A program made the position numbers and the translations under genes. This document shows positions 13,381 through 25,400 of a stretch of 64,000 nt of DNA, in pieces. Source of the DNA: Octopus vulgaris (taxonomy: Eukaryota). The notes beneath the pieces are model-generated. The model saw only the letters and a list, made by a program, of their open reading frames with translations. It was not told where the DNA came from and made no database searches. How positions within the stretch are numbered: position 1 is the first letter of the stretch; each line of letters starts with the position of its first letter. The stretch covers positions 53,692,001-53,756,000 of the forward strand of contig OX597819.1 in NCBI GenBank assembly GCA_951406725.2. The letters run 5' to 3'.

Positions 13381-13644
13381 TAAACGGTACTGCATGCTTA
13401 AATGACTGAAAGATGAAGAAATGGGTTTGAGGTGTGGGTGACAGGTGAGACGGCAGAGACCTGGCATAGGTGGGAAAGTAAGCGTGTGTGTGTGTGTATG
13501 AAGCTAATGTGTGCGCTTGCACGGGCGCGCGCGCGCGTGCTAACAACTACGTGTGTGTGTGTGTGTATGAAGCATTACGTACGTCCTCTGCGTGTTTATG
13601 TGTGTGAGGCTATCTGGCGTATGCCTGAGTGTGTGAGGATATAC

Positions 13645-13774
13645 ATCATCATCATCATCATCGCCATCGCTGTCATCATCGTCATCGTCATCATCATCAT
13701 CGTCGTCGTCGTCGTCGTCATCATCATCATCGTCATCATCATCATCGTCGTCGTCGTTGTCATCATCATCATCG

Positions 13775-13818
<44 letters not shown>

Positions 13819-14040
13819 GTTGTGGTCGTTGTCGTTTAACGTCCGTCTTCCATCCATGTATCAGTTAGACGGTTGACAGGAGCTGGCCAGGTAGAAGACT
13901 GCCCCAGGCTACTGTGTCTGTTTTGGCAGGGTTTTGTTTTAACGGTTTGATGCCATTCCTAACACCAACCTCTCTGCAGAGTGAACTCGGTGCTTTTTAC
14001 GTGGCACTAGCACCAAGTAACTCGCAAGACAAGTAATTTT
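13645..14040 (-). mobile_element. RTE-type 3' tail fragment with expanded (GAT/GAC)n tail
   Basis: Same tail as at 7315, 11350, 15700, 32395 and 61608, ending GGACGTTAAACGAC(GAT)n. Confidence 0.65.
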
Positions 14041-14651
14041 GAGAGGAAGAGAGAGCGAAAAAAAAGAGAGAGGAAGAGAGAGTGAAAAAAGAGAGAGGAA
14101 GAGAGAGTGAAAGAAAGAGTGAGAGGGGGGATGGATACTATTTTGTTTTGCAATCATAATATACTACCAAGTATATTAAAGGTTTATAAGTCAATAATGA
14201 GTCCTGCTTTGTGCTAGTGCGTTGTTTTCATTTTCAAGTGGGTCTCTACAGATTCTCTACAGAAATTAGAGCCAGCACTGAAAGTTACGACGCTTCGTAT
14301 ACGAATATGTCTATGTAAACAATGCGATCGAATATAGATAAATAGGTAATGAGTGTATATGCATATTTTAGGAGTTATTGCTCCTACATCAGTATCACAT
14401 ACAACCCATTAACCGTCCATGCATATATTGGTTAACTAGCCATGGAGATTAGTGGTGTAATGCTATTGGATACAACAATTTACAATATTGCAACTGGTAC
14501 TTACCTTGCAACTGGTACTTACCTTGCAACTGGTACTTACATATTAATTGCTGATAGGGACACTGTATTTCGTTTTGCAGCTATAATAAACTATCGAGTA
14601 TTTTCAAAGTTTGTAAGTCAATACTGTGTCCTACTTTGTGTTAGCAATGTG

Positions 14652-14742
<91 letters not shown>

Positions 14743-14744
<2 letters not shown>

Positions 14745-15151
14745 TCTTTTACTTGTTTCAGTCATTTGACTGCTGCCATGCTGGAGCACCGCCTTTAGTT
14801 GAGGAAATCGACCCCAGGATTTATTCTTTGTAAGCCTAGTACTTATTCTATCGGACTCTTTTGCCGAACCGCTAAGTTACGGGGACGTAAACTCACCAGT
14901 ATCGGTTGTCAAGCGATGTTGGAGGGGGGGGGGGTAAACACAGACACACAAAAACACACACACACACACACACACACATACATATATATGACGGGCGTCT
15001 TTCAGTTTCCATCTACCAAATCCACTCACAAAGCTTTGGTCACCCGAGGCTATAGTAGAAGACACTTGTCCAAGGTGCCACGCAGTGGGACTGAACCCGG
15101 AACCATGTGGTTGGTAAGCAAGCTACTTACCACACAGCCACTCCTGCGCCT
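14743..15151 (-). mobile_element. SINE family A, full length
   Basis: tRNA head GGCGCAGGAGTGGCTGTGTGGTAAG through tail GACTGAAACAAGTAAAAGAG. Confidence 0.9.
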
Positions 15152-15959
15152 GAGTTGAATGAAGTACTTAAGAGTGAGACAACTTCCCTCTCGCTACAAA
15201 GCCAACTAACCCCTATTAAGGCTATAATTTCTAAAATATATTAATAGTTATCGCCAAGCTAATATGACAGTCCCGAAATATAGGACAAATGCTGCCGTTG
15301 ATTAGCTCCAAGAGGCCATCGCCTCTAGCTAGCTATGTGACACACGAACCTTTAGAGAAACTTAGAAATAATAATATTTCTATTTCTAAAATATACCCCT
15401 CCCTTATATATCGTGGTGTTGTTCCCCTCCTAATAAAGCACTTGAATGTTCATTGTTTTGGTTAATCTCATTCTGCGACAAGGGCCAGTAGTAGAATCAC
15501 TAAAAATGTATGTGCCGTGGGTTTTGAATTATTTTTGAAAATGTCCCTGACTGTAAAATTCATGTTTTCATCTGAAGAAAGTGGTTTTTTATACTGACAT
15601 AATATACTCATTAATCAATTAAAAAAATTCGTTAGAAACGGCTGTAATGAATTGACACTTGTCCATCAATTGTTCACTTATATCATCATCATCATCATCG
15701 TCGTCCGCCTTCCATGCTGGTATGAGTTAGACGCTCTGACAGGAGCCGGCCAGGTGGAAAACAACACCAGGCTACTGTGTCTGTTTTGGCATGGTTTTCA
15801 TGGCTGGATGCCCTTCCTAACACCAATCACCCCGTAGAGTGAACTGAGTGTGCTTTTTACGTGGCACCAACACAAGCGAGGTCAGTTCACACACACACAT
15901 ACGCACACATATCCGTTGTTAAGTAATGATCTGGAGAAGTACTCAATGTAGACATATAA

Positions 15960-16140
15960 GCGTAGAGTGCAGCAGTGTATTAAGATTGGTCCAGTGTCCT
16001 TGTTACTCTGGAGTTCCCACATCATGTGCCCCACTTATTCAGAGAAGTTAGTGTAGGCCTCAGTTTGACTTACCTGATGAAGCGACTGCACGAAACTCCA
16101 GAGTAAACAGGTCACTGGACCTGCCTGAATAAACTCTGTG
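15960..16140. mobile_element. Head-to-head Penelope-like relic with decayed hammerhead
   Basis: Inverted arms 15988-16016 and 16094-16121; CTGATGA..GAAA-CTC-CA-GAG-TA at 16074-16104; stem I is poor. Confidence 0.5.
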
Positions 16141-16244
16141 TGCGCGTGTGTGTGTGTGTGTATGTGTGTACGGTTTACAACAGAAACGTTGTTCGAATCC
16201 TGAATGCGATATTTAAATATTTTCCCGTCTTCTTTTACTTTTAC

Positions 16245-16300
<56 letters not shown>

Positions 16301-16305
<5 letters not shown>

Positions 16306-16533
16306 CTTTACTACCCACAAGGGGCTAAATATAGAAGGGACAAACAAGGACAGACAAACGGATTAAGTCGATTACATCGATCCCAGTGCGAAACTGGTAC
16401 TTTATCTATCGACCCCGAAAGGATGAAAGGCAAAGTCGACCTCGGCGGAATTTGAACTCAGAACATAACGACAGACGAAATACCGCTAAGCATTTCGCTC
16501 GGCGCGCTAACGTTTCTGCCAGCTTGCCGCCCT
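16301..16533 (-). mobile_element. SINE family B (tail type 1), full length
   Basis: GGCGGCAAGCTGGCAGAAACG head, GCCTTTCATCCTTTCGGGGTCGAT core, tail AGCCCCTTGTGGGTAGTAAAGAAATA. Confidence 0.9.
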
Positions 16534-16552
16534 TACATTAGATATATAATGC

Positions 16553-16882
16553 TGAGAACCCCTTCGGTCATGACTGACCATGGGATTGCCCCTAGAAAGT
16601 TACCCTCCCAGGCACAAGTCCGGGCAAGGTTGTTTATGGAAGACCAGTAGTCGCCCATGCATACCGGCCTCCCCTCTTCATGCCACCAGTGTTATCCAAG
16701 GGAAAAAGCAGATACAGCTTGGCACCTGTGACGTTGCAACTCATTTCTACAGCTGAGTGAACTGGAGCAACGTGAAATAAAGTGTCTTGCTTAAGAACAC
16801 AACAGGCAACCCGGTCCGAGATTCGAACTCACAACCTCGCGATCGTGAGCTCGACGCTCTAACCACAGAGCCATGCGCCTTC
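16553..16882 (-). mobile_element. SINE family D (tRNA head, distinct tail)
   Basis: A box TGGCTCTGTGG, B box AGTTCGAATCTC, body TGTTCTTAAGCAAGACACTTTATTTCACGTTGCTCCAG shared with 37431. Confidence 0.8.
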
Positions 16883-17042
16883 ACTAGATATATAATATAT
16901 TAAACTATTTAATACAGACACTGTATTTACACTCGTATTTTGAAAACGCGCTTGAATAAATGCGAATATTTTGACAGTTCCATCACCAGAATATCCATCA
17001 AGCAAGAACCAAGCGAACATCACCACACTTCAGTTAAGAACA

Positions 17043-17752
17043 CTTCTTTCTACTATAGGCACAAGACCGAAAATTTTGGGAAAGGGATCTAGTTGATTAC
17101 ATCGGCCTCAGTGCTTCACTGGTACTTATTTTATCAACTCCGAAAGGATGAAAGGCAGAATTGAATTCGGCAGCACTTGAACTTAGAACGTAAATCCAGA
17201 AGAAATGCTGCTAAACATTTTATCCGGCTTATAATAGATGTATAATAACGGTTTCAAATTTTCGGCACAAGGCCAGCAAGTTCGGAGGAGGGTGTAAATC
17301 TATGATATCGACCTCAGTGTACGACTGGTACTTATTTTTATCGACCCTGCAGGGATGAAAGGTAAAGTTGACCATTGCAGAATTTGAACTCAGAACGTAA
17401 AGACCGACGAAATGCCGCTAAACATGTTGCTCGGTGTGCTAACGAGTCTGACAGTTCTCCGCCTTATAATAATAATTTATTTACTTATTTATGTGCCCTT
17501 TTCAAGCCTAGCCAGGCGTATGTGTTCCTCCCAGCTGAATGGGACGCCAGTCCATCGCAGCGTTACTCAAGAAACAGGAAGAAAGAGTGAGAGAAAGTTG
17601 GGGCGAAAAAGTACAACAGGGGTCATCACCACCTCGTGGAGCTTTAGGTGTTTTCACTCAATAAATACACACTACGCCCGGTCTGGGAATCGAAACCGCG
17701 ATCCTCCAACTGCGAGTCCGCTGCCCTAACCACTGGGCCATTGCGCCTCGAC

Positions 17753-17821
<69 letters not shown>

Positions 17822-17983
17822 CCTTTTTACTAAAGGCACAAGGCCTGAACTTTTGAGAGAGGGGACTCGTCGATTACATCGACCCTATTGTTTCACTGGT
17901 ACTTAACTTATCGACTACGAATTCGACCTCGGTGGAATTTGAACTCAGAACGTAAAGACGAACGAAATGCCGCTAAGCATTTT
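17043..17983 (-). mobile_element. Cluster of three SINE-B (tail type 2) copies and one SINE-C (17495-17749)
   Basis: Repeated B cores at about 17100, 17310 and 17870 with GGCCTTGTGCC tails; the SINE-C carries a V-SINE-like GCGATGGACTGGCGTCCC motif. Confidence 0.8.
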
Positions 17984-19377
17984 GTGGCTGTGGAATCATT
18001 GAATTGTAGTAGATAAGATATTCTGTTTGAAAATCTGTTAAATTACCTAAAGGTAGATGCTGTCATAAAAGAACCTATGTCAGATAGATACGCACGGAGA
18101 CAAACACAAGTGTAGCCAAAAGGTGGCGTGTATGTGTGTGTGTAATGGTGTTGCTTCTTGCCTCGTCCCCACCACCACCCTTAGCATTTTTATAGTGCAG
18201 CACTTTTGATGTGTATTACGACGTGCTTTTTCGTAGATGGGTCGGCAAACTGAAGGTGCATCCCGACAGTGCAAACCATTGAGAAAGAGTGTCATTTAAA
18301 GCTCGACAAGTTTCTGTAGTTGTTGCTGCTTAGCCTCAGGCCAGCCCACTTCAAAAAGATTTATGTCCAAAATCGCTCTAACCTTCCACCATCTCGCATT
18401 TTTTTTGTCAGGTATATCGAATGTGTCCTTGTATGTTTTTAAGATGGTAGAATGTAATTTGAAGGAGATTTGGTTGCTATTCCTAGCAAGGCAAGCGTCT
18501 ATGTGGAGGGTCCATCGTTAGCTCGAGTTGTTTTAGTTGTCTGTTGGAGATGGTGAGAGGACTTGAGAAATCTGAAGGAAAGAAAAAAAAAAATCTGTCT
18601 GTCTGTTTGTGTGCGTGCCTTTCCTCATTTCTCTCGCTTTATCTACGTTTATGTTATGCAGCTGTCTGAGCTGTGACGCAAGCGCTTATTTTCAAACGAT
18701 GAAGTGAATATATGAGAAAACTAAAGACTAAAATAAATAAAAAATCCATGAAATTGAATTCTCTAATGCAAGTGAAAAACCAATAAAAATAAGAAAATGG
18801 AAAATGGAGCTTAGGGATGCAACGCTAAGGTTGTAGAGCTGGTTCGATACCACCCCGAATAGCCTTTGAATGCTTTTAACGGAGTTCAGCCTGCTGTAAA
18901 CATTTGAACCAATTCGATCTAGTGTTGGTTGACTGTTAATTATCGAAGCAGTGCTTACACCACAGTGCAGTGTATAAAATAAACGCACAAACTGCATATT
19001 CTAGTCACAAACAAGAACAAACACGTGACGACGTATACATCCATACGTCAAAATTCAAATTCCGGTAACGTCTATTGGATCAATCACATGGATCTAACTT
19101 CTATAAAGGGACTGCAACATATGCCAACATATGCAGTGACTTCAACTCACGAACGTGTCGAAAACTTTGATGGTGGAATTAGAAGGTTTACTGTTTCAAA
19201 CAAACTGTGAGGAGCGCATACGAAAATGAAGAGAAATTCGTAGAAACGAAACTGAAACAGCCTTGGTACGAGTCATGTGGTGTACAAAACATCTAAAAAA
19301 AAGGGTGTTAATTGTAATTTTGTGTGCGTGTGTGTGTGTGTTCACCAACACACATATACATACATATATAGCAATAG

Positions 19378-19432
<55 letters not shown>

Positions 19433-19434
<2 letters not shown>

Positions 19435-20590
19435 CGCAGGAGTGGCTGTGTGGTAAGAAGCTCGCTACCGAGGGAGGATCTGCTGGACAAAGCAGAGGAA
19501 CACCACCTTCCCGTGGCTCAAAGAAAAAAAAAAAAGAAAAACGGGACATTGCCGGCGTGTCCCGAAGAACCTTCCGTGGGAATTGTGCCACCGTGGGTAG
19601 AAACTGCAGATCCCTCCCATGCTGTGGAGGAGGAGTTTGTGGTCCTCTTCCACAAGGGAGGAACAATAGAAAACTCCAAGAAGTTTAAAAGGAAAGGCCG
19701 AATGGAGGGGATTCTGTCCTGCACGGAGGACCCTAACTGGCCTTCGAAGGTGGCTGCGAAGGTCATATGGGAAACGGATCTGTGCAGGATAACGAACTCC
19801 TTCCCGGCGGACACTTTCAATTTTGTATTAAAGCGGACCGACTTGACATCGTCCAGGTGTTTGACCAAGGCGAGAAGTCTAGTCGGGCTGGAGGACTTAT
19901 AATGAATTAAAGTAAGAGGCTTGGTGCCTCATTTGTATTGTTTTATTGTATTTACTGTGTTTTGACTTTTGTAAGAGGTTACTGCCTCACAATGGCTTTC
20001 TTGTAAGAGGTTAATTGCCTCCTTTATGTTTTGTGATACAAGAGGTTTGTTGCCTCAATATGCATTTATAAAGAACAATGTGGCTCGGGTAAACAGCAAT
20101 CGGCAGGCGTTGCTGTTGCCCTCATTATTATCATATCGTTAATCATTTCATCTCATTATGTCCGTGTCCAGCCCGCAGCTTCCTTTCTTTGTAAGGCCCT
20201 TGCGGCCGATTGAATGAATAAAAGAAGCTTGCTTCACAACCACATGGTTCCGGGTTCAGTCCCACTACGTGACACCTTGGTCGAGTGTCCTCTACTATAG
20301 CTTCGGGCCGACCAAAGCCTTGTGAGTAGATTTGGTTGACGGAAACTGAAAGAAGCCCGTCGTGTATATATACATGTATTTGTGTATCTAAGTTTGTCAC
20401 CCAACCATCGCTTGAAAACTGATGTTGGTGTGTTTATGTTCCCGTAAGTAAGTGGTTCGGCAAAAGAGACCAATAGAATAAGTATTAGGCTTACAAAGAA
20501 TAAGTCCTGAGGTCAATTTGTTCGACTAAAGTTGGTGCTCCAGTATGGCCGCAGTCAAATGACTGAAACAAGAATAAAAGTAAAAGAATG
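19433..20590 (+). mobile_element. SINE family A interrupted in its tRNA head by a 759-bp retro-insertion
   Basis: Head 19433-19462 resumes at 20222. Confidence 0.88.
19463..20221 (+). mobile_element. 5'-truncated non-LTR-type insertion with 8-bp TSD, open ORF C-terminus and structured 3' UTR
   Basis: TSD AAGAAGCT at 19455-19462 and 20222-20229; frame open to the stop at 19902; terminal hairpin GGCC-CTTGC-GGCC followed by GAATGAATAAA. Confidence 0.8.
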
Positions 20591-20737
20591 TATAGATAGA
20601 TATGTACATGTATAAGATAGATATATACATACATATGTACATATATGTGTGTATACATGTATAAAATATGTACCCTTATACATATACATATTTATACATT
20701 CGTATATGAGTGCACACACGTACATATATGTATAACA

Positions 20738-21043
20738 TTGTTGTTTGTTCCTTCTCGAGCCACGCCTGGCTTATAAGTGCCGGTTTCCCGGTTTCCTTGG
20801 CGTATAGGTTCCCCACCTGGACGGGACGCCGGTCCGTCGCAGGTGAGCTGCTAGATGCAGGAGGAAATAGTGAGACAAAGTTGTGGCGAAAGAGTCAGCA
20901 GAAGTTCGCCATTACCTTCTGCCGGAGCCGCGTGGAGCTTAGGTGTTTTGCTCATAAACACACACATCGCCCGGTCTGAGATTCGAATCCGCGATCCCTT
21001 GACCGAGAGTCCACTGCTCTAACCACTAGGTCATGTGGCTCCA
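20738..21043 (-). mobile_element. SINE family C (V-like tail)
   Basis: tRNA head plus GCGACGGACCGGCGTCCCGTCCAGG; close to the copy at 49440. Confidence 0.85.
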
Positions 21044-21217
21044 CATATGTATAACATAATTATGTAATATATATATATATATACATATTTGCGTAATGAA
21101 ATATACATATTTATTCACACACACACATACACAGACACTGACATATGCCCTCAGTCTCTATTGGTGACAATTGAATTTTTCCTTTTTGGTTTTATATTGC
21201 GCCTAAGCCACTTTCAT

Positions 21218-21287
<70 letters not shown>

Positions 21288-21607
21288 TGTTGAAACTGTG
21301 TCACTTTCGACGATGAAGATTCGGTTGTTCGATCAAAAGAACTACGCGTTTACTGGATAATCGTGTAAGAGGCTGCACACTCCATAGACACGTGTACCCT
21401 TGTTGTAAATCTCAGGAAGAATCAACGTGACATACAGTGTGACGAGGCTGCATTGTAGTGGGCACATGCAAGACAATGGCATGCACAGCACATACATATT
21501 CAACGGGCTTCCTCACAATTTCCGCCTACCAAATTCGTTGACAAAGGTTTGGTCGGCTCGAATTCTGTTATATAAATATAATAGAAGTCACACAAACATC
21601 TATTATA

Positions 21608-22876
21608 CAGAGGTTGGACAAAATAATGGAAACACCTAAAAATTTCAAACAAATTTATTTTAATATAGTGTAGGACCACCTTTGGCAGTAATTACAGCTT
21701 GAATTCTACGAGGTATGGACTCGTACAAAGTTTGAATTGTTTCCAAAGGAAGATTTGTCCATTCTTCAGCTGAAACAGTCTCCTGTTCTTGTAGTGATGA
21801 TGGTGGAGGATATCGACTCCTTACTTGTTTTTCTAAAATGCACCATAAATATTCAATAATATTGAGATCTGGGGACTGTTGTGGCCAGATAAGATGTTTA
21901 ATTTCACAGGAATGTTCCTCGTGCCATTCAGTAGCAATTTTAGCTGTGTGAATTGGTGCATTATCATCCTGAAAGATTGAGTTTCCCTCTGGAAACAGTT
22001 CCACAACCATAGGATGAATTTGATCAGATAAAATGCTTAAATAGTCTTTACTATTAATTCTGCCATGAATGGAAACCATTGGGTCGGCGGATTTCCAAGA
22101 TTTAGCCCCGCAGATCATCACAGATCTTCCTCCATGCTTAACAGTTGGTAGAAGGTAGTCTGGGTCAAATGCTTCTTTTGGCTGTCTCCAGACGTATACT
22201 CGGTCGGTGGTCGGAAATAAGGTAAAGGATGACTCTCCGAGAAAATTACATTCTTCACTGCTCTAGAGACCAATTCTGTAGGTGTTTACTCCATTCTAAA
22301 CACTTTGCAGTGTTTGATTTTGAAAGTAGTGGTTTTCTGATTGCAGCCCTCCCGTGAAATCCGGTTTGGTGCAGCTCCCAGCGAACAGTTTTTGTGGAAA
22401 CTGGGTTGTCGAGGTGGTCATTAAGCTCTGCAGTAACTTTGGGAGCTGTAATTTTGCGATCCTTTCTAACAATTCGCGTAAGAATCCGACAGTCCCTATC
22501 TGAAAGCTTTGGTTTACTTCCAGAGTTTTGTTTCGACGAGCAGGTTTTTCCCTCTTTCTCAAAGGCTGTCATTACTTTCGAGACAGTACTTCTTGATACA
22601 CCAAACATTTTGGCTGTTCTCGTTACGCTAGCGCCTGCCATACGAGCACCAACAATTTGACCTCTTTGAAAGTCCGACAGATCTGTCATTTTAATGAATT
22701 TTAATTACCTTTCTCAGATAATATCTGAAAAGAAATAGCAATTTTAGCAAAACATATTAAGCAACACTAATAATAAATAAAAACATAAAAACAAACACGC
22801 TTTTGACTGTTTTATAGATATTTCAAAATTATGATGCTATGATGCTAGATGTTTCCATTATTTTGTCCAACTCCTG
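21608..22876 (-). mobile_element. Full-length Tc1-like element (1269 bp)
   Basis: 29-bp TIRs CAGAGGTTGGACAAAATAATGGAAACACC; TA at 21606-21607 and 22877-22878. Confidence 0.95.
21660..22689 (-). pseudogene. Tc1 (DD34E) transposase, frameshifted
   Basis: MTDLSDFQRGQIVGAR HTH, RKPLLS, PTVKHGG, FQDDNAPIH...WPQQSPDLNIIE; two 1-bp deletions near 22240-22257 in the WKNVIFSDES motif. Confidence 0.93.
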
Positions 22877-22919
22877 TATATGTACAAATAGAAAAGAAAC
22901 TGCATAATTACGTTTATAT

Positions 22920-24170
22920 TGTTATAAATCGAAGTATATCAAAATAAATATTCCTTACCGGTTTCGTTTTTCATCGAAGGTAATCATTGTAACGTATATT
23001 GTCAATGATTGTCTAACTAGCTGTTAGCCTTCAGTTAATGTATGCTGTAACTGAAGGCTAACAGCTAACAAATTACTCATATACATTACAATGATTATAT
23101 ATAATATTAAGAGTGAAATAATATATTTTGTGTATAATTTGATTAATAATATACAAAAGTAATTGTGCAGTTTCTTTTTAGTATATTTTCTATATCTTGT
23201 GACTTGTGTGGGATATTTGTAACTTGAATGGTAAAGAAGTTCGCCTGTCAACCACTGGGTTTCGGTGTCAACCCAAATGTGCAACAACTTGGACAAGTTG
23301 CATTAAGTTTATATTATTATAAATCGAATTATATCGAAATACAATATTGCCTAGCGGTTCCACTTTTAATCGAAAACAATCATTGTAACGTATATTGTAA
23401 ATGATTGCCTCACTAGCTGTTAGCACTCATTTAATGTATGCTGTAACTGAAGAGGCCTTGGTGAGTGGATTTGGTAGATCAAAGATGAAAGAAAGCCGTC
23501 TTATAAATGTGTTTGTGTATCTGTATATAAATATTTGTAATCAAATTATATTATTATATTATTATATCTTGTGTATGTGTGTGTGTGTCTTTGGTTAGAC
23601 ATCGTGTAAACTGTAAACAAACGTCACCATCATGTAAGCAGTATTATTGTTCTATTCATGTTGCTTAGGAACAGGTAAGGATTATTATAAATCGAATTAT
23701 ATCAAAATACAATATTGTCTACCGGTTTCACTTTTAATCGAAGACAATCATTGTAACGTATATTGTCAATGATTGCCTCACTAGCTGTTAGCACTCGTTT
23801 AATGTATGCTGTAACTGAAGAGGCCTTGGTGAGTGGATTTGGTAGATCAAAGATGAAAGAAAGCCGTCTTATAAATGTGTTTGCGTATCTGTATATAAAT
23901 ATTTGTGCGTGTTATTGTGCATAAATACATGTATCAAATTAAAAATATCGTACACAAATCACAAGATGTAGAAAATATTGTAAAAAGCAACTGTACAATT
24001 ACTTTTATTAATTATTATTACTATTATTAATCAAATTATATTATTATATTATTATATCTTGTGTATGTGTGTGTGTGTCTTTGGTTAGACATCGTGTAAA
24101 CTGTAAACAAACGTCACCATCATGTAAGCAGTGTTATTGTTCTATTCATGTTGCTTAGGAACAGGTAAGG
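22920..24170. repeat. Local tandem triplication/duplication
   Basis: About 135-bp unit TTATAAATCGAA..GCTGTAACTGAAG at about 22922, 23317 and 23684; 23538-23680 is repeated at 24028-24170. Confidence 0.85.
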
Positions 24171-24174
24171 GTAA

Positions 24175-25400
24175 GATATTCTTACTAGTGGTGTACAAAT
24201 CCAATATTCTAACTAATAGTAAGACGGCGAGCTGGCAGAAACGTTAGAACGCCGGACGAAATACTTAGCAGTATTTCGTGTCTTTACGTTCTGAGTTCAA
24301 ATTTCGCCGAGATCGACTTTGCCTTTCATCCTTTCGGAGTCGATAAATTAAGTACCAGTTGCATACTGAAGTCGATCTAATCGAGTGGTCCCCTCCCCCA
24401 AAAGTTTCGGGCCTTGTGCCTAGAGCAGAAAAGAATATTCTTACTAAAGTGTTATCCAAAACTTACTAATGTTTATGTGTCCAACATGCTTACTAACATT
24501 GGTGACTGTATGCAATACCCTTACCAATGGTATTTTCATCCTAATATTTTTTACCCATAGGCGGCGAACTGGCAGAATCGTTAGCACGCCGGGCGAAATG
24601 ATTAGCGGTATTTCGTCTGGCGCTACGTTCTGAGTTCAAATTCTGCCGAGGTCGACTTTGCCTTTTATCCTTTCGGGGTTGATTAAATAAGTACCAGTTA
24701 TGCACTGGAGTCGATGTAATCGACTTAATCCGTTTATCTATCCTTGTTTGTCCATTCTATGTTTAGCCCCTTGTGAGTAGTAAAGAAATAGGTATTTCAT
24801 CTGTCGCTACGTTTTGAGTTCAAATTCCTTTCATCCTTTCGGGGTCGATTAAATAAGTACCAGTTAATCACTGGGGTCGATGTAATCGACTTAATCCCCT
24901 TGTCTGTCCTTGTTTGTTCCCTCTATGTTTAACCCCTTGTGGGCAATAAAGAAATAAATAATTATTTTACCCATGGCATTTGTTTATAACTCTTACCAAT
25001 GGAATATACATCCAGTTCTCGAACTAATGGAATATTTATCCAGTACTCGTACTAATTGACTTTGTATCAAATACTCTTACTAACAGTGTTACAACCAATA
25101 CTCTTACTGATGTGATCGTATGCAAATACTCTTATTAATGATAACTGCATCCCGTACTTTTTACCAGTAAAATGTATATCCAATATCTTACTGTTGGCCT
25201 CTATATGCAACATTCTTACTAACGTGACTGTTTCCAGTAGTTTCACTAATGCGACTGTATGCAATACTCTTATTAAATTGTTTCTGTAAGCAATAATGGA
25301 GATAGTTAACTATACTCTCATTAATTGAATATGTATTCAATCCTCTTACTAGCGGTCTTCATATCCGACTAATGCAGTATGTATCCAATACTTTTACAAA
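24175..25400. repeat. Degenerate minisatellite, about 27-bp period (CCAATACTCTTACTAATG core), interrupted by SINE-B copies
   Basis: Motif recurs at about 27-bp spacing; SINE-B at 24222-24437 and 24560-24960, the latter with a duplicated 3' half. Confidence 0.7.

Noticed and set aside
14488-14540. 18-bp x3 tandem repeat TTGCAACTGGTACTTACC
   Set aside because: Ordinary local slippage duplication; the overlapping ORF has no support.
14743-15151. tRNA-like A/B boxes in many repeats
   Set aside because: They are SINE heads with no complete cloverleaf, each followed by a SINE body.
15988-16121. Type III hammerhead closed by a 28-bp stem
   Set aside because: Stem I cannot pair; the long stem is better explained as an inverted pLTR arm.
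19911-20056. Repeat-spacer pattern superficially like a CRISPR array
   Set aside because: Eukaryotic context, short imperfect repeats, irregular spacers and no cas genes; treated as UTR hairpins.
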